This document shows, one piece after another, positions 1 through 9,383 of a stretch of 64,000 bases of DNA. A model generated the notes under the pieces. It saw only the letters and a list, made by a program, of their open reading frames with translations, ran no database searches and was not told where the DNA came from. Position numbers and translations under genes: made by a program. The DNA is from Bacteroidales bacterium (lineage in GTDB: Bacteria > Bacteroidota > Bacteroidia > Bacteroidales > GWA2-32-17). Within the stretch, counting starts at the first letter, position 1. Each line of letters opens with the position of its first letter. The stretch is from NCBI GenBank assembly GCA_026416095.1, contig JAOAFV010000028.1, positions 2,121-66,120 of the forward strand, read 5' to 3'.

Positions 1-742
1 GATTATAAGTTACAAGTACATATTCATATTTCTCCTCTACGTTATTTTGTTGAGGTTTACTCTTTTTCTCTTTCAGGTAATGTTTTAGTAAAAAGTATAT
101 AAAACCACTTTTTCCAACAGTATACTGTTCTATTTCAAAACTCTCGCCTATTAATGGTAAAACTATATTATATGCAGCTTCTTCAAGTAAATCTGAATTC
201 ACTATTTTAATATTAATGTTTTCCTTATTATACGCTACAAAACTATTGTAATATAAAAAATAAAATTTATTATTATAAAAGATCATTTTAAAATTATCTT
301 TTTCATAATTTGTTATTGGAATGCTGCCAATTTTTTTTGGTATATTTTTTAATGTTGCATCTCGGTTTAAATATTGAATATATAACTCTTTATTATTTCC
401 TATATTTGCAGTGGTTAATAATATTAATTTATTCTCTATATAAAATAAATCATAAAAATTAGATGGATAGCCATTAATACTTGGTAAAATTAACTGATTA
501 GAACTTTCTATTGAATGAGAATAAACATTATAGTAATCTAAGTAAGTATTTTCAGGTGAAGGTTCAATAGGTGAATCGCTTTTCAATAAAAAAATTCCAT
601 CTTTATCAGATCCCACTATTTTCAGGTACCATGTTCCTTTCTGAATTGGGAAAGGCTTTCCCCAGTCGACTTCTAAAGTTTGACCATAATGAATATTTAT
701 AAAACCAATTAAAACTATTAATACTATTAATAGCTTTCCCAT
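1..742 (-). CDS. hypothetical secreted protein (N-terminal part only; ORF runs off the left edge)
   Basis: Manual reverse-complement translation from the ATG at 742-740 stays open to base 1 (MGKLLIVLIVLIGFINIHYGQTLEVDWGKPF...). The N-terminus is hydrophobic and signal-like. It is absent from the ORF track because it has no stop inside the window. No family recognised. Confidence 0.6.
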   Translation of the reverse strand, partial: MGKLLIVLIVLIGFINIHYGQTLEVDWGKPFPIQKGTWYLKIVGSDKDGIFLLKSDSPIEPSPENTYLDYYNVYSHSIESSNQLILPSINGYPSNFYDLFYIENKLILLTTANIGNNKELYIQYLNRDATLKNIPKKIGSIPITNYEKDNFKMIFYNNKFYFLYYNSFVAYNKENINIKIVNSDLLEEAAYNIVLPLIGESFEIEQYTVGKSGFIYFLLKHYLKEKKSKPQQNNVEEKYEYVLVTYN

Positions 743-800
743 AAAAACAAAATTAATTCAAACGCACAAATATATATTTTTTTTTTAAAAAACAATAATC

Positions 801-1835
801 TCAGTAAAATTTATTAGCAAGCTGCCCACACGAACCATTTATATCAGTACCCTTGCTTTTACGTATTATTGCTATAAAATTTTTTTCAACCAATTTTTGT
901 TGAAAAGTTTTTATTTTTAATAATGAAGGCGATGTAAAATCGCAATTTTCTATTTTATTAAAAGGTATTAAGTTTATTTTACATCTGAATTGAGATGCTA
1001 TTTTAATTAATTCCTTTACATCATTTTCGCTATCGTTAACATTCTCAATCAAAACATATTCGATAGTAATTGGTTGTTTAAATTTACTTACTTTAAATGC
1101 CTGAATTATATCTTGAATCGAATATTTTTTTGCTATAGGTATTAAAGATTCTCTAATCGTTTGAAATGGCGAATGTAACGACCATGCTATTTTAATGTTA
1201 TTGTTAATACGACTTAGTTCTAATATCTTATCGGGTAAGCCTATAGTGCTTATGGTTATTTTTCTATCTGTTATATTTATTTTATCATACATTTTGATTT
1301 TCTCAAGAGCACCTATTGTATTGGTTAAGTTAAGCAAAGGTTCTCCCATTCCCATTACAACAACGTTTGTAATTACCTTATTAAATAACAAAACCGACAA
1401 ATTATTTAGTTCTACTACCTGCTGAAATATTTCACCAACAGTAAGATTTCTTTGAAATTTTAATTGCCCAGTTGCACAAAATTTACATTTAATTGGGCAT
1501 CCTATTTGAGTTGAAATACATGCTGTAGCTCTTTTTTCATCGGGAATTACAACCCCTTCAAAAAAAAAATTATCGTATGTTTTAAAAAGAGCTTTTACAG
1601 TAGAATCGTAAGATTGAATATACTTTTCAATTGTTATGCAATCAATAAAAAAACTTTCTTCAAGTTTACGTATTAAGGTTTTAGGGATATCGGTCATTTT
1701 GTTAAAAGAAGTTTCGCCTTTTACCCACAACCACCTTAATATTTGATTAGCCCTATACTTTTTTTCACCATAATTGGCCAACCACTTAATTAGTTCTTCT
1801 TCATTAAGTGCACGAATGTTTTGTTTTTCTATCAT
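801..1835 (-). CDS. rlmN: 23S rRNA/tRNA adenine-C2 methyltransferase RlmN (radical SAM)
   Basis: Radical-SAM CxxxCxxC motif (CPIKCKFCATGQ), GMGEPLLN, and the C-terminal GSCGQL typical of the RlmN/Cfr family. 344 aa. ATG start overlaps the upstream stop (ATGA). Confidence 0.95.
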   Translation of the reverse strand: MIEKQNIRALNEEELIKWLANYGEKKYRANQILRWLWVKGETSFNKMTDIPKTLIRKLEESFFIDCITIEKYIQSYDSTVKALFKTYDNFFFEGVVIPDEKRATACISTQIGCPIKCKFCATGQLKFQRNLTVGEIFQQVVELNNLSVLLFNKVITNVVVMGMGEPLLNLTNTIGALEKIKMYDKINITDRKITISTIGLPDKILELSRINNNIKIAWSLHSPFQTIRESLIPIAKKYSIQDIIQAFKVSKFKQPITIEYVLIENVNDSENDVKELIKIASQFRCKINLIPFNKIENCDFTSPSLLKIKTFQQKLVEKNFIAIIRKSKGTDINGSCGQLANKFY

Positions 1836-4800
1836 CTAAGCTTATTTGCTACTACGCAAGTTTTTTTATACGATTTTAGTTTGCCTTCGAGGTTAAATAT
1901 TTCAATATATATAACATAAATACCAATTGGGGCCTTAGTGTTATAATCTGTAATACCATCCCATGTATAATAACCTTCGGTACCACATAAAGAATTTTTA
2001 ACTAATTTTTTAACAACTCTTCCTTTAGTATCGAATAAAGTTATATTAAGTGTATAGCCTGGTTCACTGAATTTATATTTAATAAATAACACATCATTAT
2101 ACCCATCCATATCGGGGCTAAATATTTCTGGCTCAATTGAAATTTCATTATCTAACTCGGTTAAATCGTAATATTGCGAATTTTTATAAGTAGGAGTGCC
2201 ATATCCTACTTGTTCAGATGCAGAATGCCAATTAGATTTATCGTTTGTAGAAAGATTTGGATTAATACGCTCTAATGCTACTCCTTTTGTGGTAGTTAGT
2301 AAAGCGTAATGCATATCTTCAGAATAATGCAATTGATCAATAACTTCTAAATTTTTATTTGCTAATGTTATTGTACAAGAAGTTGAACTTAACGAAGGGA
2401 ATGACGACATTTCTACAATTTTTTTGGGGTATGGAGTATAATAAAATTCAGTGACTCCTTTTAATTTGTTAGTTAATACAACGTAATCTTGTGGAAATAA
2501 GTAAAAACCATATTGAGAAATTGTATACTTTTTTTCAACTTCTCCTACTGAATTATATTCTAAAAGATATAAATCTTTTAAGTTAAACAATTTATTTGTG
2601 TTATTAAACAATTCAATATAATCGCTTCCGCCTGTTTGAGGGTAAGTAAGTACTTCATTTATTAATACATCACCACTTTTTATAGTATCGGCAATTCCGA
2701 AAAATGCATAAAGATTATTCTGCGATATATTGCCAGCACAATCTTTTAGAGGAGTTAAAACAGTTACTTTATATATTTGGTTTTTATTAAAAGAAGCATT
2801 AAATAGGCACTTGCATATTTTTTGTAAAGGATCAGCAAAATTTACAAACACAGGATGGCCAATGTTATTATCAACCACAAAATTTGCAGTATCTATAATT
2901 TCGGGTAAAACAGATTCCGAAAAATACAATAACAGGGTATCTGGTTCAACTAATACAGCTCTCATTAAATCGGGCGATAAATTATCTTTATTATTACTAT
3001 ATATAGAATTCTTTTTGCCCGGTGTTCCACCTTTGGGATCTTTAGATGCGCTCCAATTATTCTCTTCGCCGCACGGATTTTGAGGGTCTATAAGCTCTAA
3101 ACTCCAGCCACCTTCCTTTTTTGCCGAACTTTTATACCAAGAATCATTATAAGCAACAAAATGAATTGTATTATTTTTACTATCTTTCAATTGTAATGTA
3201 GCACCAGCATTTGTTAATATTGTAGTTGATGTAAATACAGGTAACACAGGACCATATGTAGATAACAAATTATACGATGAAGGGTGCGATAAAAGTAAAT
3301 AAGAATTAGGATTAATCTTATAAGAAGGTAAACTAATAACATTATTGTTAATTACTAACTGCCAATCTTTAATATCAATGGTAAATTGGCTACGGTTGTA
3401 TAATTCAATATATTCGCATTCAGGTAGCTGCACAATAGGTGTTGGATCGGCCATTATTTCGTTAAATATAACATCGAATTGTTGAGGCTCATACCAAACA
3501 AACTCTTTTATAGTATTAGGCATAACATTATTATACTGATCGGTAATGTTTGAAACTGCAATACTATACAATTTACCTTTTATTAGCGAAGTCGATAAAA
3601 ACAAATTCACCACCGAAGGATTGTTAGGATTTAAAATGGCAAGCTGCGGATTACCTATACCATTGTCGATTATGTAATTGTTTACATTTTGAGCAGTAAA
3701 TGAATTAATAGCTTCGTTAAAAACAATTCTTATTTTTACTGAATCTTCGGCAACAACATCAAGTATTTGAGGTGGAATTGTATCGACAATAACAGGCCCC
3801 GCATAAATATCGTCAAAGAAAAATTTATTTTGAGCATTTGAGCTTGTATATTTGCATACAATTCCGGTGTAAATTAAAGTGTCGAAAAAATTATTATGAG
3901 TTGTATTAGTTTCGTTATTAAAAACAGTTGTACCATTGTAATCAGTATAAATTTTCCACATTCCCGAATTGTTTCTAATTACTTTAATTCTCACATTAGG
4001 ATTTGAAGCCACGGCACCTGCAGTACAGCTTGTTAACAAAGTACTTGTTAAGCTATCTTGATAATATAACTTTATTGCATCGGCAGAGCCATCTTCGCCA
4101 ATTTTAATATAGTAACCTTTTAATGGTTTAGTTAAATTTGCATTATTTGAAATTAAATAAAATGAGACATTATTATTATTAGATGGTGATAAATTTAAAT
4201 TTATAAGTATTTGCCATTCCATGCTATCAGGATTAGATTTCAGTGGAGTTGATAGAAATGAATAATTAGAACTCGAAGTTGTTGTAGTAAACAAGTTTAA
4301 CTTACCATCGGGGGTCACAATAAAGTGGTTTTTATTTCCAAACCACGGAGGGTTATTTGCAATTTCGCCATCATCAAAATGATCTTCTACACTAATAGGT
4401 GGCAAATAAGAATAAATAAAATCTGTTATTGCTTGCTGCAAATTATTAGCAACATCGGTAATTTTAATAGCTATAATGTCTTCGGCAGGATACATAACGT
4501 TAAAAATGCAATAACCATTTGTTGGGATTTTAACAGTTGAATCTGGTGGGCTTAAAGTATAATTTCCAACTTCAACCGATAAATGTAGGCTGTTATTATA
4601 ATCTACATCTATGTTATTGTAAATATCGGTAACATTTGCTTTTAATGAAAAGTAATTATTAGGTATTATAAACAAAGGTTCTTGAATTATGTTTATTTTT
4701 TTGGCGACAACACTAATTATATGTTTGTTTGAAAATACAGGTTGAAAATTATTACTAAAAGCCGAACCTGTTAAGTACGAATCAAATGAGCTGTAGTCGA

Positions 4801-5752
4801 CATAAAATTTCAAAGAATCGTTATCTTTTAGAGTACCTTCTTGTAAATAGATATATAGATCGAGCTGTACTTCGCTATTTTTAGGTATTGAAAGTGTACC
4901 ATCTGAAAACAAAAACTTAATGGAAGAAGGTTCAATTATTGTATCGATAGCTGTAACGTATGTATCTTGTTTTTTTAAAAAAGCACCTTTTATATAATGT
5001 TGCCAATTATTAGAATAAGCATTCTTAAAGATAATGTAAGAAACGTTGGTAGGATAATTATCTGACACAGTTGAATCTTTAATAACAAAACTAAAAATTT
5101 TTTTTGCAAGCGAAGGTGTAACACGTGTCGACGATATGGTATCGCCTGGAACTTGCTGTACAGGATCTTTAGCTATAGTGGTGTTATCATTAGGATTAAT
5201 TATATTTATTGTACCATATAATTTGAGTTTATTATCATTAAAACGCCAAGTTCCGCTACCACTTTCAGCTGAATAACCATACCATCTTAAGTAAAGCGTT
5301 TCGTTTTGATTTACTATTATAGAAAGGCCTGAAATAGCGGTATCTCTTTCTAAATCGTTATCAGGCACATTAACATTAGCAATAGTTTGATAAGTCGAAA
5401 AAGTTACATCTTTTGATATTCTTAATTCATAACTTCTAATTCCTGAAAGTGAACGCCTTTCGCTATATTCAATTTTTTCTAAAATTAGTTTATATCCTTG
5501 GTGGGGTGATATAGAAATTTGATAATAATCGGAAGTATCTATGCTTGTGTTCACTGTCCATCCCGAAGCATAAGCACCATTACTACCAAAAGTTATTGCC
5601 CCAATACCGCTCCCCCCTTTAAATATACCTGCACTAATATATTGAGAGTTAACATTGGGCAAGCCATTTGTAGTTAAAGGCCATTCGGCAATCTGTGAAT
5701 AAACTTCAATAAAAAATAAAAATATTCCAAATGTTATGAATTTGTTTTTCAT
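1832..5752 (-). CDS. large secreted surface protein with two lamin-tail-domain (LTD) modules and Ig-like modules
   Basis: Signal peptide MKNKFITFGIFLFFIEVYSQ. Two LTD-like modules (FNEIMADPTP..CEYIELYN and LINEVLTYPQTGGSDYIELFN). SbsA-Ig-like segments (DTIPPQILDV.., DNLSPDLMRAV..). C-terminal FSPDMDGYNDVLFI beta-sandwich resembles FlgD-Ig/T9SS-type C-terminal domains. Confidence 0.85.
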   Translation of the reverse strand: MKNKFITFGIFLFFIEVYSQIAEWPLTTNGLPNVNSQYISAGIFKGGSGIGAITFGSNGAYASGWTVNTSIDTSDYYQISISPHQGYKLILEKIEYSERRSLSGIRSYELRISKDVTFSTYQTIANVNVPDNDLERDTAISGLSIIVNQNETLYLRWYGYSAESGSGTWRFNDNKLKLYGTINIINPNDNTTIAKDPVQQVPGDTISSTRVTPSLAKKIFSFVIKDSTVSDNYPTNVSYIIFKNAYSNNWQHYIKGAFLKKQDTYVTAIDTIIEPSSIKFLFSDGTLSIPKNSEVQLDLYIYLQEGTLKDNDSLKFYVDYSSFDSYLTGSAFSNNFQPVFSNKHIISVVAKKINIIQEPLFIIPNNYFSLKANVTDIYNNIDVDYNNSLHLSVEVGNYTLSPPDSTVKIPTNGYCIFNVMYPAEDIIAIKITDVANNLQQAITDFIYSYLPPISVEDHFDDGEIANNPPWFGNKNHFIVTPDGKLNLFTTTTSSSNYSFLSTPLKSNPDSMEWQILINLNLSPSNNNNVSFYLISNNANLTKPLKGYYIKIGEDGSADAIKLYYQDSLTSTLLTSCTAGAVASNPNVRIKVIRNNSGMWKIYTDYNGTTVFNNETNTTHNNFFDTLIYTGIVCKYTSSNAQNKFFFDDIYAGPVIVDTIPPQILDVVAEDSVKIRIVFNEAINSFTAQNVNNYIIDNGIGNPQLAILNPNNPSVVNLFLSTSLIKGKLYSIAVSNITDQYNNVMPNTIKEFVWYEPQQFDVIFNEIMADPTPIVQLPECEYIELYNRSQFTIDIKDWQLVINNNVISLPSYKINPNSYLLLSHPSSYNLLSTYGPVLPVFTSTTILTNAGATLQLKDSKNNTIHFVAYNDSWYKSSAKKEGGWSLELIDPQNPCGEENNWSASKDPKGGTPGKKNSIYSNNKDNLSPDLMRAVLVEPDTLLLYFSESVLPEIIDTANFVVDNNIGHPVFVNFADPLQKICKCLFNASFNKNQIYKVTVLTPLKDCAGNISQNNLYAFFGIADTIKSGDVLINEVLTYPQTGGSDYIELFNNTNKLFNLKDLYLLEYNSVGEVEKKYTISQYGFYLFPQDYVVLTNKLKGVTEFYYTPYPKKIVEMSSFPSLSSTSCTITLANKNLEVIDQLHYSEDMHYALLTTTKGVALERINPNLSTNDKSNWHSASEQVGYGTPTYKNSQYYDLTELDNEISIEPEIFSPDMDGYNDVLFIKYKFSEPGYTLNITLFDTKGRVVKKLVKNSLCGTEGYYTWDGITDYNTKAPIGIYVIYIEIFNLEGKLKSYKKTCVVANKLR

Positions 5753-6177
5753 ATCTTTTTAATTTCGAAAGTTATTTTTTTATTTATTTTTCTCCTGAAA
5801 GCATATATACAAAAAAAATAAATTATTAAAAATAAAAAAGAAAAAAAACCTGATATTAAATCGTTACCTGTTATATTTAAAACTATAAAATAAGTACTTA
5901 CAAAAAATATTATGGGAACTATGTAAACTAACAACATTGCTTGCCATGCATTTTTTTGATATATCTTTATAATCACTTTATCATTTACTTTAAAATCGCT
6001 AATATTTTTATCGTAAATTTCAATTTCTCTTTCCTTAGGGTTTTCATTTAAAGTGCAATTATATGCAACGTTACAAGTAGAACATGCTTCAATATTTTTT
6101 ACTCCTACGATTATTTTATTAGGTGTAATTTTTTTAATGTATCCAGTATGTGTAATTATAATCGACACAATTTGCAA
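5749..6177 (-). CDS. RseC/MucC-family (SoxR-reducing-system RseC-like) small membrane protein
   Basis: N-terminal beta segment with Cys cluster (ACSTCNVAYNC) followed by two TM helices (AMLLVYIVPIIFFVSTYFIVL, GFFSFLFLIIYFFCIYAF), which is the RseC architecture. The track start is TTG and overlaps a -7 promoter motif, so the true start may be GTG at 6168. Its stop overlaps the LTD gene start (ATGA). Confidence 0.7.
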   Translation of the reverse strand: MQIVSIIITHTGYIKKITPNKIIVGVKNIEACSTCNVAYNCTLNENPKEREIEIYDKNISDFKVNDKVIIKIYQKNAWQAMLLVYIVPIIFFVSTYFIVLNITGNDLISGFFSFLFLIIYFFCIYAFRRKINKKITFEIKKI

Positions 6178-6182
6178 ATTTA
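6175..6182 (-). promoter_or_regulatory. Bacteroidota sigma-A -7 element (TAAATTTG) upstream of / overlapping the RseC-like gene start
   Basis: The plus strand reads CAAATTTA, matching TAnnTTTG on the minus strand. It overlaps the TTG start proposed by the track. Confidence 0.35.
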
Positions 6183-6412
6183 AAAAATATAATTGTTTTT
6201 AAAAACACAATTTGTAAAGTTTCAACACACACGTTAAAAAAATAGACTTAATTTTTTTTTAAAATAAAAAATTTGGAATAAATTATAAGAGCAAACAACA
6301 GAGGATAATGAAAATTAAAAAAAAATGTGAGATTATACAACATAAAAACTTGCAAACTATTTGTTAAGAAACGATAAAATTTAGCATACAAATAGAAAGA
6401 ATAAATTTAAAA

Positions 6413-7867
6413 TTACAATATAGGCGAAAGAAGACGAGCAATTCCCTGAGCAAAATGGTGTGTAAATGGTTTACCCCAGTATTCTTCTATACTTACCGAC
6501 TTACAATCTTGAATATCTTCGTTAAAAATATCTTTAAGTTTTAAGGTAGTTTCTTTATCATAAATTAAGGCATTTACTTCAAAATTCTGATCAAAGCTTC
6601 GGAGATCCATATTTGCAGTACCTACAGAAGATATTTTATCGTCGACAAGTAAAACTTTGCTATGAATAAAACCTTTTTTATAAAGGAAAATTTTAACACC
6701 TGCTTCAAGTAATTCGGGGAAATAAGAATAGCTTCCATAAAACATGATCCATGAATCGGAAATACCTGGTAAAATAATTTTTACATCTACTCCACTTAAA
6801 GCCGCGGTTTTAATAGCTGTAAGTATACTTTCATTTGGTATAAAATAAGGTGAAGTAATGTAAATATATTCTTTAGCATTGCTTATAAGATAGAAATATG
6901 TTTGCATAATAGAATTCCAGTCATTATCGGGGCCACTTGCTACAATTTGAATAGGACATATTTTACCATCTTGTATGTTATTAAAATATTCTTCGTTATT
7001 TAAATTTTTCTTTGAGACAAAAAACCAATCGGTTAAAAATATGACCTGAAGAGAATTAACAGATTCTCCTTCGATACGTATATGTGTATCGCGCCAAATT
7101 CCACTGTCTTTTCTTCCATAAATATACCTATCGGCAATATTCATGCCCCCAGTATACCCAATTTTACCATCAATCACAACAATTTTTCTATGATTTCTAA
7201 ATAATAATCTTTGAGCAAACCGAGGAAATCTCACAGGCAAAAACGGATATATTTCAATATTATTTTTTATTAATTTCTTAATTAAAGCATTTGACAATCC
7301 CCATGAACCAACATCATCATAAATAATTCTTACCTTTACTCCTTCTTTAACTTTTTTTATTAATACATCTATTATTTTGTTAAAAATTTCTCCTTCTTCT
7401 ATTATGTAATAGTCTAAATGAATATGATGTTTGGCATTTCCAAGATCAACCAAAAGATATTCAAATTTATCTTTCCCGCTATGAAAAATTTTAATATCGT
7501 TATAAATACCAAGTAACGACTTACTATTGTTTTTCAGTAAATTTATTATTGACTTGTGTTCAGCAAGCGACGATATTTCAGAAGTATATTTACTTGCTGG
7601 TTTTAAGTATAATTCTTTATAATATTGTTGTAATTTAACTGCATCTTTTACTTCTTTATTCCAAAATTTTCTTTTTCTTTTATATACACGACCAAATATT
7701 ATAAATAATAAAATTCCTATAAAAGGGACCATTATGATAATGGAAATCCATGCTATAGTTTTAGAAGGATCGCCCTTCTGAAAGATAATAAATAAAATAG
7801 TAACAATTACAAGTATTACCAATAATACTTTCCAACCCGACCATAATATATTGAAAATATCAGTCAT
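6413..7867 (-). CDS. cls: cardiolipin synthase (PLD superfamily)
   Basis: Two N-terminal TM helices and two HKD motifs (HRKIVVIDGKIGYTGGMN and HSKVLLVDDKISSVGTAN). 484 aa. Confidence 0.92.
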   Translation of the reverse strand: MTDIFNILWSGWKVLLVILVIVTILFIIFQKGDPSKTIAWISIIIMVPFIGILLFIIFGRVYKRKRKFWNKEVKDAVKLQQYYKELYLKPASKYTSEISSLAEHKSIINLLKNNSKSLLGIYNDIKIFHSGKDKFEYLLVDLGNAKHHIHLDYYIIEEGEIFNKIIDVLIKKVKEGVKVRIIYDDVGSWGLSNALIKKLIKNNIEIYPFLPVRFPRFAQRLLFRNHRKIVVIDGKIGYTGGMNIADRYIYGRKDSGIWRDTHIRIEGESVNSLQVIFLTDWFFVSKKNLNNEEYFNNIQDGKICPIQIVASGPDNDWNSIMQTYFYLISNAKEYIYITSPYFIPNESILTAIKTAALSGVDVKIILPGISDSWIMFYGSYSYFPELLEAGVKIFLYKKGFIHSKVLLVDDKISSVGTANMDLRSFDQNFEVNALIYDKETTLKLKDIFNEDIQDCKSVSIEEYWGKPFTHHFAQGIARLLSPIL

Positions 7868-9068
7868 TAGTTGGATTAATACTTATTAATGTTATTTCGG
7901 GGAAAGAACCTATTCTGCCAACGTATCCAATCATTCCAATACCATTATTAACGTAAATAAAGTTATTATTGTGTCGATACAAACCGTGCCATTGATTATA
8001 CCTATACTTAACGGGACTCCAATTACCAATACTAAACTGAAAACCATGGGTGTGCCCCGACAAAGTTAACGAATTTTTTAATAAGTTTTTTAACTCAGTG
8101 TCCCAGTGAGTTGGGTCATGAGAAATAAAAATAATAAACTTTTCTAAATTTATTTCTTTTATAATTTTACTTACATCACCATATTTTTTAAAAGGTTTCT
8201 TGCCTATATTATCAACTCCCGCAATATATATAGTATCTGATTTACCAAAAGTAATGTATTCATTTCGCAACACAGTAAAACCACATTCTTTTAAATTCTT
8301 AACAAGTTTTTCAATATTAGCTTTTTTCTCATTTTGACTTTTCCATTTAACATATTCTCCAAAGTCGTGGTTCCCTAAAACAGCATACTTACCATATTTT
8401 GCTTTAAGTTCAGACAATATGACTTTATAATTTAAAATTTCTTCGTAAAAGTTATTTATTATGTCGCCTGAAATTACTATAATGTCGGCATCTAAACTGT
8501 TACATGTGTCTTTAACTTTAGAAATAAATTTAGTACGTCCTAAATAAGTGCCAAGATGAAGATCTGAAATATGTAATATTTTTAAACCTTTTAAGGAATA
8601 AGGGAAATTATTTACTCTTAGGTTTACCTTGTTAATTGTAATTTTTTTGTATCCATAAACAATTCCATAAGCATAAACGAAAAAAATGAAAAATAGAAAA
8701 AATAAATACATTATTTTAAAATATTTAAAAAACACAAATTTTTTAAATAAAAGGAAAATACTAAAAGCCCCCGTAATTATCTTAAGCAGGAAAAAAAACA
8801 ACAATAGAGTAAATAAATAATAACCTAAAGAATATTTTATATACCTCTTTTCCGGGGGAAAGTATAAATTAGTTAAAAAAATAAAAGAGAAAAAAAATAA
8901 ATATGGCAGTAACCAAAAAACTGCTACTAAACCTTTTTTATAATAATTGAAGAATCCATAAAATGTAAAAAACGAGGCAATTTCAATTATTAATATTATC
9001 AAAAAAATTAACAAAGTATGATTTATTGAACAATACAAAATTAATGAATAAATTTGCAAAAAATACAA
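7860..9068 (-). CDS. membrane-anchored metallophosphoesterase (YkuE-like)
   Basis: Calcineurin-like phosphoesterase motifs ILHISDLHLG, SGDIIN, LGNHD and SGHTHG follow a multi-helix hydrophobic N-terminus. TTG start in the track, so the exact start is uncertain. 8-nt overlap with cls. Confidence 0.82.
   Translation of the reverse strand: MYFLQIYSLILYCSINHTLLIFLIILIIEIASFFTFYGFFNYYKKGLVAVFWLLPYLFFFSFIFLTNLYFPPEKRYIKYSLGYYLFTLLLFFFLLKIITGAFSIFLLFKKFVFFKYFKIMYLFFLFFIFFVYAYGIVYGYKKITINKVNLRVNNFPYSLKGLKILHISDLHLGTYLGRTKFISKVKDTCNSLDADIIVISGDIINNFYEEILNYKVILSELKAKYGKYAVLGNHDFGEYVKWKSQNEKKANIEKLVKNLKECGFTVLRNEYITFGKSDTIYIAGVDNIGKKPFKKYGDVSKIIKEINLEKFIIFISHDPTHWDTELKNLLKNSLTLSGHTHGFQFSIGNWSPVKYRYNQWHGLYRHNNNFIYVNNGIGMIGYVGRIGSFPEITLISINPTND
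9049..9056 (+). promoter_or_regulatory. -7 element TAAATTTG, 17 nt upstream of ATG 9074
   Basis: Exact match to the Bacteroidota TAnnTTTG consensus. Confidence 0.45.
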
Positions 9069-9073
9069 ATATT

Positions 9074-9355
9074 ATGGCCAGTGTAAGAGACTTAAAAAAG
9101 GCTTTGAAAAAAACTATATCTACCTTAGCATTGGATGCTTTAATGGTACAACAAATAAAGGGCGAAAAAGTGAAAAATGAAATTAATGACATTTTAAGTG
9201 AGCTTACTATTATTGAAAAGGATTTAGTATACAAGATTAATCATGTACCTTCAAAAAACAAAAAGGAAATTAAAAAACATTTTACGGAAATTCACAATAA
9301 AATTTCATCATCGATTTCAGGCATACAAGAAAGGTTAAATAAATTGATGGAATAA
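9074..9355 (+). CDS. hypothetical small helical protein
   Basis: The track ORF is 9026..9355 (TTG start). I prefer ATG 9074 (MASVRDLKKALKK...) because a TAAATTTG -7 element sits at 9049-9056, inside the longer ORF. Lys/Glu-rich and predicted all-helical. No family recognised. Confidence 0.5.
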   Translation: MASVRDLKKALKKTISTLALDALMVQQIKGEKVKNEINDILSELTIIEKDLVYKINHVPSKNKKEIKKHFTEIHNKISSSISGIQERLNKLME

Positions 9356-9383
9356 AGAAGCAATTACTGTAATTAAATTGTTT

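Noticed and set aside
801-803. An alternative genetic code (TGA as Trp), considered because of the very low GC content.
   Set aside because: TGA terminates rlmN, dnaB and the LTD protein at positions consistent with full-length family members, and long conserved ORFs read through without needing TGA recoding. The standard code 11 fits.
8983-9234. An 83-aa minus-strand ORF spanning the divergent region between the metallophosphoesterase gene and ORF 9074..9355.
   Set aside because: It overlaps both better-supported genes and the 9049-9056 promoter element, and it has no recognisable features.
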